Shown here: piece by piece, positions 24,849 to 39,134 of the stretch
Layout: the number at the start of each line of letters is the position of its first letter
Numbering within the stretch: the first letter of the stretch is position 1
DNA from: the human T2T-CHM13v2.0 reference genome, Homo sapiens
Strand: one strand, 5' to 3'
Length of the DNA: 64,000 nucleotides
Assembly (NCBI RefSeq): GCF_009914755.1
Contig: NC_060948.1
Notes under the pieces: model-generated
Database searches by the model: none
Told to the model about the DNA's origin: nothing
Seen by the model: only the letters and a program-made list of their open reading frames with translations
Translations under genes and position numbers: made by a program

Positions 24849-27800
24849 AGTGTTATGGAACGGACTCAAAAGGAATTGAATGTAATAGAATGGAGTGGAG
24901 TGGACTCGAATATAATGGACTGGAATGGAATGAAATCACATGGAATGGGAACGAATGGAATGGAATGGAAAGGAATGGAATCGAATGGAAAGGAATCGAA
25001 TGGAAGGGAATGAAATTGAATCAACAGGAATGGAAGGGAATAGAATAGACGATAATGGAATGGACTCGAATAGAATGGACACGAATGCTCAAATTGAATG
25101 GACTCGAATGGAATGGAAACGAAAGGAATGTCATCGAATGGAATTGAATCGATTGGAATGAAATCGCATAGAATGGAGTGGAATCAAATGGAATTGAATC
25201 GAAAGGAAAGGAAGCGAATGGACTGAAATGAAATGGAATGGAATTGAATGGAAATTCATGCAATGGAATAGAATGGAACGAAATTTCACGGAATGGAATC
25301 AAACTGAATGGAATCAAATCAATGGAATATAATCAAATGGAATGGAAAGGAATTGAATGGAGTAGATTGGATTGGATGGGATTGGAATGAAATGTACTGG
25401 AAAGGACTCGAATTTCATGAAACGGAATGGAATGAATTGGAACGGAATGGACTCGAATGGAATGGAATGTCATGGAATGGCATCAAATGGAATGGCATCA
25501 AATGGAATGGAATCGAATGCAATGGAATGCTATGGAATGGAATGGAATGCATTGGAATGGAATGTCCTCTAATGGAATGGATTCGAGTGGAATGGAATCG
25601 AATATAATGGAGTCGAATGAAATGGAATTGAAAGGAATGGGATCGAATACAATGGAATATACTGGAATGTAATGTAATGAACTCGAATGTAATTGACTGG
25701 AATGGAATGTACATGAATGGAATGTAATCGAATGGAAAGTAATCCAATGGAATAGAATCTAATGAAATAAAATCGACTCAGATAGAGTAGAATGTAATGG
25801 AATGGAGTGCAGTGCAATGGAATGGAATGGAATGGAATGCAATGGAATGGAATGGAATGGAATGGAATGGAATGGAATGGAATGGGATGGGATGGGATGG
25901 AATGGTATGGAATGGATAGTAATGGACTGGAGTGAAATGGACTGGAAAGGAATGGACTCAAATTGAAAGGGCTCGAAAGGAATGGAGTCAAATGGAATGG
26001 TCTGGAATGGAATGAACACGAATGTAATGCAATCCAATAGAATGGAATCGAATGGCATGGAATATAAAGAAATGGAATCGAAGAGAATGGAAACAAATGG
26101 AATGGAATTGAATGGAATGGGAACGAATGGAGTGAAATTGTATGCAGTAGAAGGGAATAGAATGGAATGCAAGCGAAAGGAAAGGAATGGATTGGAATGG
26201 AATGGAATTCATTGGAATGGAAGGGAATGTAGTGTAATGGACAGGCCTGGAATAAAGTGGAATGCTACGGTCTCGAATGGAATAAAAATGTATGGAATGG
26301 AATGCAATGAAACGGAATCGAATGTCATAGAATGTAATGGAATGCAAAAAAATGGAATCCAAAATCATTGACTGGAAAGGCTGGGTGTCGAAAGGAATTG
26401 ACTCCAATGGAATGGAATCGAATGGAATGGAAGTGAATAGAATCGAACTAAATCGAATGGAATGGAATTGATAGGAACGGAATGGAAAGGAATGCAATGA
26501 TTTGGCATGGAATGGAATCGAATGGCATCGAATGGAATGGAATGGAATGCAATGGAATGGAATGTATTAGAATGTAATGAACTTTAATGGAATGTACTCG
26601 AATGGATTCGACTGGAATGGAATGTTCTGGAAGTGAATGGACTCCAATGGAATGGATTCAAAAGGAATGGAATCGTACGGAATGGAATCTAATGGAATGG
26701 AATTAAATGGAAATGAATCAAATTGAATAGCACGGAATTGAATTGAATGGAATGGAATGCAATGGAATCTAATGAAACGGAAAGGAAAGGAATGGAATGG
26801 AATGGAATGGGCTGGAATGGAAAGGAATCGAAACGAATGGAATGGAATCGAACTGAAGAGACTGGAATGGAATGCACTGGAATGGAAGGGAGTGTAATGG
26901 AAGGTTCTCGAAAAAAATTGAATCGAATGGAATGGAATTGAATGGAACGGAAGAGAGTCGAATGGAATTGAATGGAATGGAATGGACTAGAGTGAAATGG
27001 AATCGAACCACAAGGAATGGACAGGAATAGAATGGTCTCGAATTGAATGGAATCATATGGAATGGCATCAAACGGAATGGAATGGACAGCCACGGAATGG
27101 AATGCACTCGAATGCAATGGAGTCGAAACTAATGGACTGGAATAGAATGGACTCGACTGGTACAGACTCCAATGGAATGGAATCGAATGGAAGGGAATCG
27201 AACGGAATGGACTCGAAGGGAAAAGACTGCAATGGAAAGGTCTCGAATGGAATGGAAATTAATGGAATGGAATGGAATCGAATGAAATGGAGTCAAAAGG
27301 AATGGAATCGAATGGCAAGAAATCGAATGTAATGGAATCGCAAGGAATTGATGTGAACGGAACGGAATGGAATGGAATCCAAAGGAATGGAATAGAATGG
27401 AATGGAATCGAATGGAAAGGACTCGAATGGAAATCACTCGAATAGAATGCAATTTAATAAAATAGGATCAAATGTAATGGAATGGAATGGAAAGGAATCG
27501 AAACGAAAGGAATGGAGACAGATGGAATGGAATGGAACAGAGAGCAATGGTATAGAATGGAATGGAATCATCTGGAATGGAATTGAATGGAATGGAATAA
27601 TATGAAATGGAATGGAATGGAATGGAATGGAATGCCCTTGAATTAAATGGACTGGAATGGACTGGACTCGAACAGAGTGGAATGGAAAGTGTTGAGATAG
27701 AATGGAATGGACTCGTTTGGAATGGTCTAGTATGCAATGCAATCGACTGGCAGGGAATCAAAAGGAATGTAATCGAATGGATTGGACTGGAATGCAATGG

Positions 27801-28407
27801 ACTCGAATAGATTGGAAACGGAATGCAAAGGAATGGAATGGAATAGTATGGAATGGAATGGAAAGGAATGGAGTGGAATAGACTAGAGTGGAATGGAATG
27901 GACTGGAAAGCAATGGACTGGAATGGAACTTTCTTGAATGGACTGGAATCAAACGGAATGGAATGCAATGCAATCAAATGGCATGGAATAAAATAGAATG
28001 AAAGAGAATCAAATGGAATTGAATCGAATGGAATCGAATGGATTGGAAAGGAATAGAATGGAATGGAATGGAATTGACTCAAATGGAATGGACTAGAATG
28101 GAATGGATTCGAATTGAAGGCAAAGGAATGGAATCTATTGGAATGGACTGTAATGGAATGGAATGGAAGGGATTGGAATGGACTCGAATGGAATGGACTG
28201 CAATAGAAAGGATTCGAATGGAATGAAAAAGAATTGAATGGAATAGAACAGAATGGAATCAAATCGAATGAAATGGAATGGAATAGAAAGGAATGGAATG
28301 AAATGGAATGGAAAGGATTCGAATGGAATGCAATCGAATGGAATGGAATCGAACGGAATGGAATAAAATGGAAGAAAACTGGCAAGAAATGGAATCGAAA
28401 TGAATGG
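24849..28407 (+). repeat. DYZ1 unit 8 (3559 bp)
   Basis: Landmark spacing; 15-bp deletion at ~26110; shares private variants with unit 9. Confidence 0.9.
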
Positions 28408-31400
28408 AGTGTTATGGAACGGACTCAAAAGGAATTGAATGTAATAGAATGGAGTGGAGTGGACTCGAATATAATGGACTGGAATGGAATGAAATCACAT
28501 GGAATGGGAACGAATGGAATGGAATGGAAAGGAATGGAATCGAATGGAAAGGAATCGAATGGAAGGGAATGCAATTGAATCAACAGGAATGGAAGGGAAT
28601 AGAATAGACGGTAATGGAATGGACTCGAATAGAATGGACACGAATGCTCAAATTGAATGGACTCGAATGGAATGGAAACGAAAGGAATGTCATCGAATGG
28701 AATTGAATCGATTGGAATGAAATCGCATAGAATGGAGTGGAATCAAATGGAATTGAATCGAAAGGAAAGGAAGCGAATGGACTGAAATGAAATGGAATGG
28801 AATTGAATGGAAAGTAATGCAATGGAATAGAATGGAACGAAATTTCACGGAATGGAATCAAACTGAATGGAATCAAATCAATGGAATCTAATCAAATGGA
28901 ATGGAAAGGAATTGAATGGAGTAGATTGGATTGGATGGGATTGGAATGAAATGTACTGGAAAGGACTCGAATTTCATGAAACGGAATGGAATGAATTGGA
29001 ACGGAATGGACTCGAATGGAATGGAATGTCATGGAATGGCATCAAATGGAATGGCATCAAATGGAATGGAATCGAATGCAATGGAATGCTATGGAATGGA
29101 ATGGAATGCATTGGAATGGAATGTCCTCTAATGGAATGGATTCGAGTGGAATGGAATCGAATATAATGGAGTCGAATGAAATGGAATTGAAAGGAATGGG
29201 ATCGAATACAATGGAATATACTGGAATGTAATGTAATGAACTCGAAAGTAATTGACTGGAATGGAATGTACATGAATGGAATGTAATCGAATGGAAAGTA
29301 ATCCAATGGAATAGAATCTAATGCAATAAAATCGACTCAGATAGAGTAGAATGTAATGGAATGGAGTGCAGTGCAATGGAATGGAATGGAATGGAATGCA
29401 ATGGAATGGAATGGAATGGAATGAAATGGAATGGAATGGAATGGAATGGGATGGGATGGGATGGAATGGTATGGAATGGATAGTAATGGACTGGAGTGAA
29501 ATGGACTGGAAAGGAATGGACTCAAATTGAAAGGGCTCGAAAGGAATGGAGTCAAATGGAATGGTCTGGAATGGAATGAACACGAATGTAATGCAATCCA
29601 ATAGAATGGAATCGAATGGCATGGAATATAAAGAAATGGAATCGAAGAGAATGGAAACAAATGGAATGGAATTGAATGGAATGGAATTGAATGGAATGGG
29701 AACGAATGGAGTGAAATTGTATGCAGTAGAAGGGAATAGAATGGAATGCAAGCGAAAGGAAAGGAATGGATTGGAATGGAATGGAATTCATTGGAATGGA
29801 AGGGAATGTAGTGTAATGGACAGGCCTGGAATAAAGTGGAATGCTACGGTCTCGAATGGAATAAAAATGTATGGAATGGAATGCAATGCAACGGAATCGA
29901 ATGTCATAGAATGTAATGGAATGCAAAAAAATGGAATCCAAAATCATTGACTGGAAAGGCTGGGTGTCGAAAGGAATTGACTCCAATGGAATGGAATCGA
30001 ATGGAATGGAAGTGAATAGAATCGAACTAAATCGAATGGAATGGAATTGATAGGAACGGAATGGAAAGGAATGCAATGATTTGGCATGGAATGGAATCGA
30101 ATGGCATCGAATGGAATGGAATGGAATGCAATGGAATGGAATGTATTAGAATGTAATGAACTTTAATGGAATGTACTCGAATGGATTCGACTGGAATGGA
30201 ATGTTCTGGAAGTGAATGGACTCCAATGGAATGGATTCAAAAGGAATGGAATCGTACGGAATGGAATCTAATGGAATGGAATTAAATGGAAATGAATCAA
30301 ATTGAATAGCACGGAATTGAATTGAATGGAATGGAATGCAATGGAATCTAATGAAACGGAAAGGAAAGGAATGGAATGGAATGGAATGGGCTGGAATGGA
30401 AAGGAATCGAAACGAATGGAATGGAATCGAACTGAAGAGACTGGAATGGAATGCACTGGAATGGAAGGGAGTGTAATGGAAGGTTCTCGAAAAAAATTGA
30501 ATCGAATGGAATGGAATTGAATGGAACGGAAGAGAGTCGAATGGAATTGAATGGAATGGAATGGACTAGAGTGAAATGGAATCGAACCACAAGGAATGGA
30601 CAGGAATAGAATGGTCTCGAATTGAATGGAATCGTATGGAATGGCATCAAACGGAATGGAATGGACAGCCACGGAATGGAATGCACTCGAATGCAATGGA
30701 GTCGAAACTAATGGACTGGAATAGAATGGACTCGACTGGTACAGACTCCAATGGAATGGAATCGAATGGAAGGGAATCGAACGGAATGGACTCGAAGGGA
30801 AAAGACTGCAATGGAAAGGTCTCGAATGGAATGGAAATTAATGGAATGGAATGGAATCGAATGAAATGGAGTCAAAAGGAATGGAATCGAATGGCAAGAA
30901 ATCGAATGTAATGGAATCGCAAGGAATTGATGTGAACGGAACGGAATGGAATGGAATCCAAAGGAATGGAATAGAATGGAATGGAATCGAATGGAAAGGA
31001 CTCGAATGGAAATCACTCGAATAGAATGCAATTTAATAAAATAGGATCAAATGTAATGGAATGGAATGGAAAGGAATCGAAACGAAAGGAATGGAGACAG
31101 ATGGAATGGAATGGAACAGAGAGCAATGGTATAGAATGGAATGGAATCATCTGGAATGGAATTGAATGGAATGGAATAATATGAAATGGAATGGAATGGA
31201 ATGGAATGGAATGCCCTTGAATTAAATGGACTGGAATGGACTGGACTCGAACAGAGTGGAATGGAAAGTGTTGAGATAGAATGGAATGGACTCGTTTGGA
31301 ATGGTCTAGTATGCAATGCAATCGACTGGCAGGGAATCAAAAGGAATGTAATCGAATGGATTGGACTGGAATGCAATGGACTCGAATAGATTGGAAACGG

Positions 31401-31986
31401 AATGCAAAGGAATGGAATGGAATAGTATGGAATGGAATGGAAAGGAATGGAGTGGAATAGACTAGAGTGGAATGGAATGGACTGGAAAGCAATGGACTGG
31501 AATGGAACTTTCTTGAATGGACTGGAATCAAACGGAATGGAATGCAATGCAATCAAATGGCATGGAATAAAATAGAATGAAAGAGAATCAAATGGAATTG
31601 AATCGAATGGAATCGAATGGATTGGAAAGGAATAGAATGGAATGGAATGGAATTGACTCAAATGGAATGGACTAGAATGGAATGGATTCGAATGGAAGGC
31701 AAAGGAATGGAATCTATTGGAATGGACTGTAATGGAATGGAATGGAAGGGATTGGAATGGACTCGAATGGAATGGACTGCAATAGAAAGGATTCGAATGG
31801 AATGAAAAAGAATTGAATGGAATAGAACAGAATGGAATGAAATCGAATGAAATGGAATGGAATAGAAAGGAATGGAATGAAATGGAATGGAAAGGATTCG
31901 AATGGAATGCAATCGAATGGAATGGAATCGAACGGAATGGAATAAAATGGAAGAAAACTGGCAAGAAATGGAATCGAAATGAATGG
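28408..31986 (+). repeat. DYZ1 unit 9 (3579 bp)
   Basis: Landmark spacing; 100-bp variable tract. Confidence 0.9.
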
Positions 31987-34900
31987 AGTGTTATGGAACG
32001 GACTCAAAAGGAATTGAATGTAATAGAATGGAGTGGAGTGGACTCGAATATAATGGACTGGAATGGAATGAAATCACATGGAATGGGAACGAATGGAATG
32101 GAATGGAAAGGAATGGAATCGAATGGAAAGGAATCGAATGGAAGGGAATGAAATTGAATCAACAGGAATGGAAGGGAATAGAATAGACGGTAATGGAATG
32201 GACTCGAATAGAATGGACACGAATGCTCAAATTGAATGGACTCGAATGGAATGGAAACGAAAGGAATGTCATCGAATGGAATTGAATCGATTGGAATGAA
32301 ATCGCATAGAATGGAGTGGAAGCAAATGGAATTGAATCGAAAGGAAAGGAAGCGAATGGACTGAAATGAAATGGAATGGAATTGAATGGAAAGTAATGCA
32401 ATGGAATAGAATGGAACGAAATTTCACGGAATGGAATCAAACTGAATGGAATCAAATCAATCGAATCAAATCAAATGGAATGGAAAGGAATTGAATGGAG
32501 TAGATTGGATTGGATGGGATTGGAATGAAATGTACTGGAAAGGACTCGAATTTCATGAAACGGAATGGAATGAATTGGAACGGAATGGACTCGAATGGAA
32601 TGGAATGTCATGGAATGGCATCAAATGGAATGGCATCAAATGGAATGGAATCGAATGCAATGGAATGCTATGGAATGGAATGGAATGCATTGGAATGGAA
32701 TGTCCTGTAATGGAATGGATTCGAGTGGAATGGAATCGAATATAATGGAGTCGAATGAAATGGAATTGAAAAGAATGGGACCGAATACAATGGAATATAC
32801 TGGAATGTAATGTAATGAACTCGAATGTAATTGACTGGAATGGAATGTACATGAATGGAATGTAATCGAATGGAAAGTAATCCAATGGAATAGAATCTAA
32901 TGCAATAAAATCGACTCAGATAGAGTAGAATGTAATGGAATGGAGTGCAGTGCAATGGAATGGAATGGAATGGAATGCAATGGAATGGAATGGAATGGAA
33001 TGGAATGGAATGGAATGGAATGGAATGGGATGGAATGGGATTGAATGGTATGGAATGGATAGTAATGGACTGGAATGAAATGGACTGGAAAGGAATGGAC
33101 TGAAATTGAAAGGGCTCGAAAGGAATGGAGTCAAATGGAATGGTCTGGAATGGAATGAACACGAATGTAATGCAATCCAATAGAATGGAATCGAATGGCA
33201 TGGAATATAAAGAAATGGAATCGAAGAGAATGGAAACAAATGGAATGCAATTGAATGGAATGGAATTGAATGGAATGGGAACGAATGGAGTGAAATTGTA
33301 TGCAGTAGAAGGGAATAGAATGGAATGTAAGCGAAAGGAAAGGAATGGATTGGAATGGAATGGAATTCATTGGAATGGAAGGGAATGTAGTGTAATGGAC
33401 AGGCCTGGAATAAAGTGGAATGCTACGGTCTCGAATGGAATAAAAATGTATGGAATGGAATGCAAAGAAACGGAATCGAATGTCATAGAATGTAATGGAA
33501 TGCAAAAAAATGGAATCCAAAATCATTGACTGGAAAGGCTGGGTGTCGAAAGGAATTGACTCCAATGGAATGGAATCGAATGGAATGGAAGTGAATAGAA
33601 TCGAACTAAATCGAATGGAATGGAATTGATAGGAACGGAATGGAAAGGAATGCAATGATTTGGCATGGAATGGAATCGAATGGCATCGAATGGAATGGAA
33701 TGGAATGCAATGGAATGGAATGTATTAGAATGTAATGAACTTTAATGGAATGTACTCGAATGGATTCGACTGGAATGGAATGTTCTGGAAGTGAATGGAC
33801 TCCAATGGAATGGATTCAAAAGGAATGGAATCGTACGGAATGGAATCTAATGGAATGGAATTAAATGGAAATGAATCAAATTGAATAGCACGGAATTGAA
33901 TTGAATGGAATGGAATGGAATGCAATGGAATCTAATGAAACGGAAAGGAAAGGAATGGAATGGAATGGAATGGGCTGGAATGGAAAGGAATCGAAACGAA
34001 TGGAATGGAATCGAACTGAAGAGACTGGAATGGAATGCACTGGAATGGAAGGGAGTGTAATGGAAGGTTCTCGAAAAAAATGGAATCGAATGGAATGGAA
34101 TTGAATGGAACGGAATAGAGTCGAATGGAATTGAATGGAATGGAATGGACTAGAGTGAAATGGAATCGAACCACAAGGAATGGACAGGAATAGAATGGTC
34201 TCGAATTGAATGGAATCGTATGGAATGGCATCAAACGGAATGGAATGGACAGCCACGGAATGGAATGCACTCGAATGCAATGGAGTCGAAACTAATGGAC
34301 TGGAATAGAATGGACTCGACTGGTACGGACTCCAATGGAATGGAATCGAATGGAAGGGAATCGAACGGAATGGACTCGAAGGGAAAAGACTGCAATGGAA
34401 AGGTGTCGAATGGAATGGAAATTAATGGAATGGAATGGAATCGAATGAAATGGAGTCAAAAGGAATGGAATCGAATGGCAAGAAATCGAATGTAATGGAA
34501 TCGCAAGGAATTGATGTGAACGGAACGGAATGGAATGGAATCCAAAGGAATGGAATAGAATGGAATGGAATCGAATGGAAAGGACTCGAATGGAAATCAC
34601 TCGAATAGAATGCAATTTAATAAAATAGGATCAAATGTAATGGAATGGAATGGAAAGGAATCCAAACGAAAGGAATGGAGACAGATGGAATGGAATGGAA
34701 CAGAGAGCAATGGTATAGAATGGAATGGAATCATCTGGAATGGAATTGAATGGAATGGAATAATATGAAATGGAATGGAATGGAATGGAATGGAATGCCC
34801 TTGAATTAAATGGACTGGAATGGAATGGACTCGAACAGAGTGGAATGGAAAGTGTTGAGATAGAATGGAATGGACTCCTTTGAAATGGTGTAGTATGCAA

Positions 34901-35570
34901 TGCAATCGACTGGCAGGGAATCAAAAGGAATGTAATCGAATGGATTGGACTGGAATGCAATGGACTCGAATAGATTGGAAACGGAATGCAAAGGAATGGA
35001 ATGGAATAGTATGGAATGGAATGGAAAGGAATGGAGTGGAATAGACTAGAGTGGAATGGAATGGACTGGAAAGCAATGGACTGGAATGGAACTTTCTTGA
35101 ATGGACTGGAATCAAACGGAATGGAATGCAATGCAATCAAATGGCATGGAACAAAATAGAATGAAAGAGAATCAAATGGAATTGAATCGAATGGAATCGA
35201 ATGGATTGGAAAGGAATAGAATGGAATGGAATGGAATTGACTCAAATGGAATGGACTAGAATGGAATGGATTCGAATGGAAGGCAAAGGAATGGAATCTA
35301 TTGGAATGGACTGTAATGGAATGGAATGGAAGGGATTGGAATGGACTCGAATGGAATGGACTGCAATAGAAAGGATTCGAATGGAATGAAAAAGAATTGA
35401 ATGGTATAGAACAGAATGGAATCAAATCGAATGAAATGGAATGGAATAGAAAGGAATGGAATGAAATGGAATGGAAAGGATTCGAATGGAATGCAATCGA
35501 ATGGAATGGAATCGAACGGAATGGAATAAAATGGAAGAAAACTGGCAAGAAATGGAATCGAAATGAATGG
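31987..35570 (+). repeat. DYZ1 unit 10 (3584 bp)
   Basis: Landmark spacing; 100-bp variable tract plus +5 bp at ~33910. Confidence 0.9.
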
Positions 35571-38500
35571 AGTGTTATGGAACGGACTCAAAAGGAATTG
35601 AATGTAATAGAATGGAGTGGAGTGGACTCGAATATAATGGACTGGAATGGAATGAAATCACATGGAATGGGAACGAATGGAATGGAATGGAAAGGAATGG
35701 AATCGAACGGAAAGGAATCGAATGGAAGGGAATGAAATTGAATCAACAGAAATGGAAGGGAATAGAATAGACGGTAATGGAATGGACTCGAATAGAATGG
35801 ACACGAATGCTCAAATTGAATGGACTCGAATGGAATGGAAACGAAAGGAATGTCATCGAATGGAATTGAATCGATTGGAATGAAATCGCATAGAATGGAG
35901 TGGAATCAAATGGAATTGAATCGAAAGGAAAGGAAGCGAATGGACTGAAATGAAATGGAATGGAATTGAATGGAAAGTAATGCAATGGAATAGAATGGAA
36001 CGAAATTTCACGGAATGGAATCAAACTGAATGGAATCAAATCAATGGAATCAAATCAAATGGAATGGAAAGGAATTGAATGGAGTAGATTGGATTGGATG
36101 GGATTGGAATGAAATGTATTGGAAAGGACTCGAATTTCATGAAACGGAATGGAATGAATTGGAACGGAATGGACTCGAATGGAATGTAATGTCATGGAAT
36201 GGCATCAAATGGAATGGCATCAAATGGAATGGAATCGAATGCAATGGAATGCTATGGAATAGAATGGAATGCATTGGAATGGAATGTCCTCTAATGGAAT
36301 GGATTCGAGTGGAATGGAATCGAATATAATGGAGTCGAATGAAATGGAATTGAAAGGAATGGGATCGAATACAATGGAATATACTGGAATGTAATGTAAT
36401 GAACTCGAATGTAATTGACTGGAATGGAATGTACATGAATGGAATGTAATCGAATGGAAAGTAATCCAATGGAATAGAATCTAATGCAATAAAATCGACT
36501 CAGATAGAGTAGAATGTAATGGAATGGAGTGCAGTGCAATGGAATGGAATGGAATGGAATGCAATGGAATGGAATGGATTGGAATGGAATCGAATGGAAT
36601 GGGATGGGATGGAATGGTATGGAATGGATAGTAATGGACTGGAGTGAAATGGACTGGAAAGGAATGGACTCAAATTGAAAGGGCTCGAAAGGAATGGAGT
36701 CAAATGGAATGGTCTGGAATGGAATGAACACGAATGTAATGCAATCCAATAGAATGGAATCGAATGGCATGGAATATAAAGAAATGGAATCGAAGAGAAT
36801 GGAAACAAATGGAATGGAATTGAATGGAATGGAATTGAATGGAATGGGAACGAATGGAGTGAAATTGTATGCAGTAGAAGGGAATAGAATGGAATGCAAG
36901 CGAAAGGAAAGGAATGGATTGGAATGGAATGGAATTCATTGGAATGGAAGGGAATGTAGTGTAATGGACAGGCCTGGAATAAAGTGGAATGCTACGGTCT
37001 CGAATGGAATAAAAATGTATGGAATGGAATGCAATGAAACGGAATCGAATGCCATAGAATGTAATGGAATGCAAAAAAATGGAATCCAAAATCATTGACT
37101 GGAAAGGCTGGGTGTCGAAAGGAATTGACTCCAATGGAATGGAATCGAATGGAATGGAAGTGAATAGAATCGAACTAAATCGAATGGAATGGAATTGATA
37201 GGAACGGAATGGAAAGGAATGCAATGATTTGGCATGGAATGGAATCGAATGGCATCGAATGGAATGGAATGGAATGCAATGGAATGGAATGTATTAGAAT
37301 GTAATGAACTTTAATGGAATGTACTCGAATGGATTCGACTGGAATGGAATGTTCTGGAACTGAATGGACTCCAATGGAGTGGATTCAAAAGGAATGGAAT
37401 CGTACGGAATGGAATCTAATGGAATGGAATTAAATGGAAATGAATCAAATTGAATAGCACGGAATTGAATTGAATGGAATCGAATGCAATGGAATCAAAT
37501 GAAACGGAAAGGAAAGGAATGGAATGGAATGGAATGGGCTGGAATGGAAAGGAATCGAAACGAATGGAATGGAATCGAACTGAAGAGACTGGAATGGAAT
37601 GCACTGGAATGGAAGGGAGTGTAATGGAAGGTTCTCGAAAAAAATGGAATCGAATGGAATGGAATTGAATGGAACGGAATAGAGTCGAATGGAATTGAAT
37701 GGAATGGAATGGACTAGAGTGAAATGGAATCGAACCACAAGGAATGGACAGGAATAGAATGGTCTCGAATTGAATGGAATCGTATGGAATGGCATCAAAC
37801 GGAATGGAATGGACAGCCACGGAATGGAATGCACTCGAATGCAATGGAGTCGAAACTAATGGACTGGAATAGAATGGACTCGACTAGTACGGACTCCAAT
37901 GGAATGGAATCGAATGGAAGGGAATCGATCGGAATGGACTCGAAGGGAAAAGACTGCAATGGAAAGGTCTCGAATGGAATGGAAATTAATGGAATGGAAT
38001 GGAATCGAATGAAATGGAGTCAAAAGGAATGGAATCGAATGGCAAGAAATCGAATGTAATGGAATCGCAAGGAATTGACGTGAACGGAACCGAATGGAAT
38101 GGAATCCAAAGGAATGGAATAGAATGGAATGGAATCGAATGGAAAGGACTCGAATGGAAATCACTCGAATAGAATGCAATTTAATAAAATAGGATCAAAT
38201 GTAATGGAATGGAATGGAAAGGAATGGAAACGAAAGGAATGGAGACAGATGGAATGGAATGGAACAGAGAGCAATGGTATAGAATGGAATGGAATCATCT
38301 GGAATGGAATTGAATGGAATGGAATAATATGAAATGGAATGGAATGGAATGGAATGGAATGCCCTTGAATTAAATGGACTGGAATGGAATGGACTCGAAC
38401 AGAGTGGAATGGAAAGTGTTGAGATAGAATGGAATGGACTCCTTTGGAATGGTGTAGTATGCAATGCAATCGACTGGCAGGGAATCAAAAGGAATGTAAT

Positions 38501-39134
38501 CGAATGGATTGGACTGGAATGCAATGGACTCGAATAGATTGGAAACGGAATGCAAAGGAATGGAATGGAATAGTATGGAATGGAATGGAAAGGAATGGAG
38601 TGGAATAGACTAGAGTGGAATGGAATGGACTGGAAAGCAATGGACTGGAATGGAACTTTCTTGAATGGACTGGAATCAAACGGAATGGAATGCAATGCAA
38701 TCAAAAGGCATGGAATAAAATAGAATGAAAGAGAATCAAATGGAATTGAATCGAATGGAATCGAATGGATTGGAAAGGATTAGAATGGAATGGAATGGAA
38801 TTGACTCAAATGGAATGGACTAGAATGGAATGGATTCGAATGGAAGGCAAAGGAATGGAATCTATTGGAATGGACTGTAATGGAATGGAATGGAAGGGAT
38901 TGGAATGGACTCGAATGGAATGGACTGCAATAGAAAGGATTCGAATGGAATGAAAAAGAATTGAATGGAATAGAACAGAATGGAATCAAATCGAATGAAA
39001 TGGAATGGAATAGAAAGGAATGGAATGAAATGGAATGGAAAGGATTCGAATGGAATGCAATCGAATGGAATGGAATCGAACGGAATGGAATAAAATGGAA
39101 GAAAACTGGCAAGAAATGGAATCGAAATGAACGG
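35571..39134 (+). repeat. DYZ1 unit 11 (3564 bp)
   Basis: Landmark spacing. Confidence 0.9.

Noticed and set aside
25880-25900. G-quadruplex from GGGATGGGATGGGATGG
   Set aside because: Only three GGG runs plus GG, present in just two units. Too weak to call.
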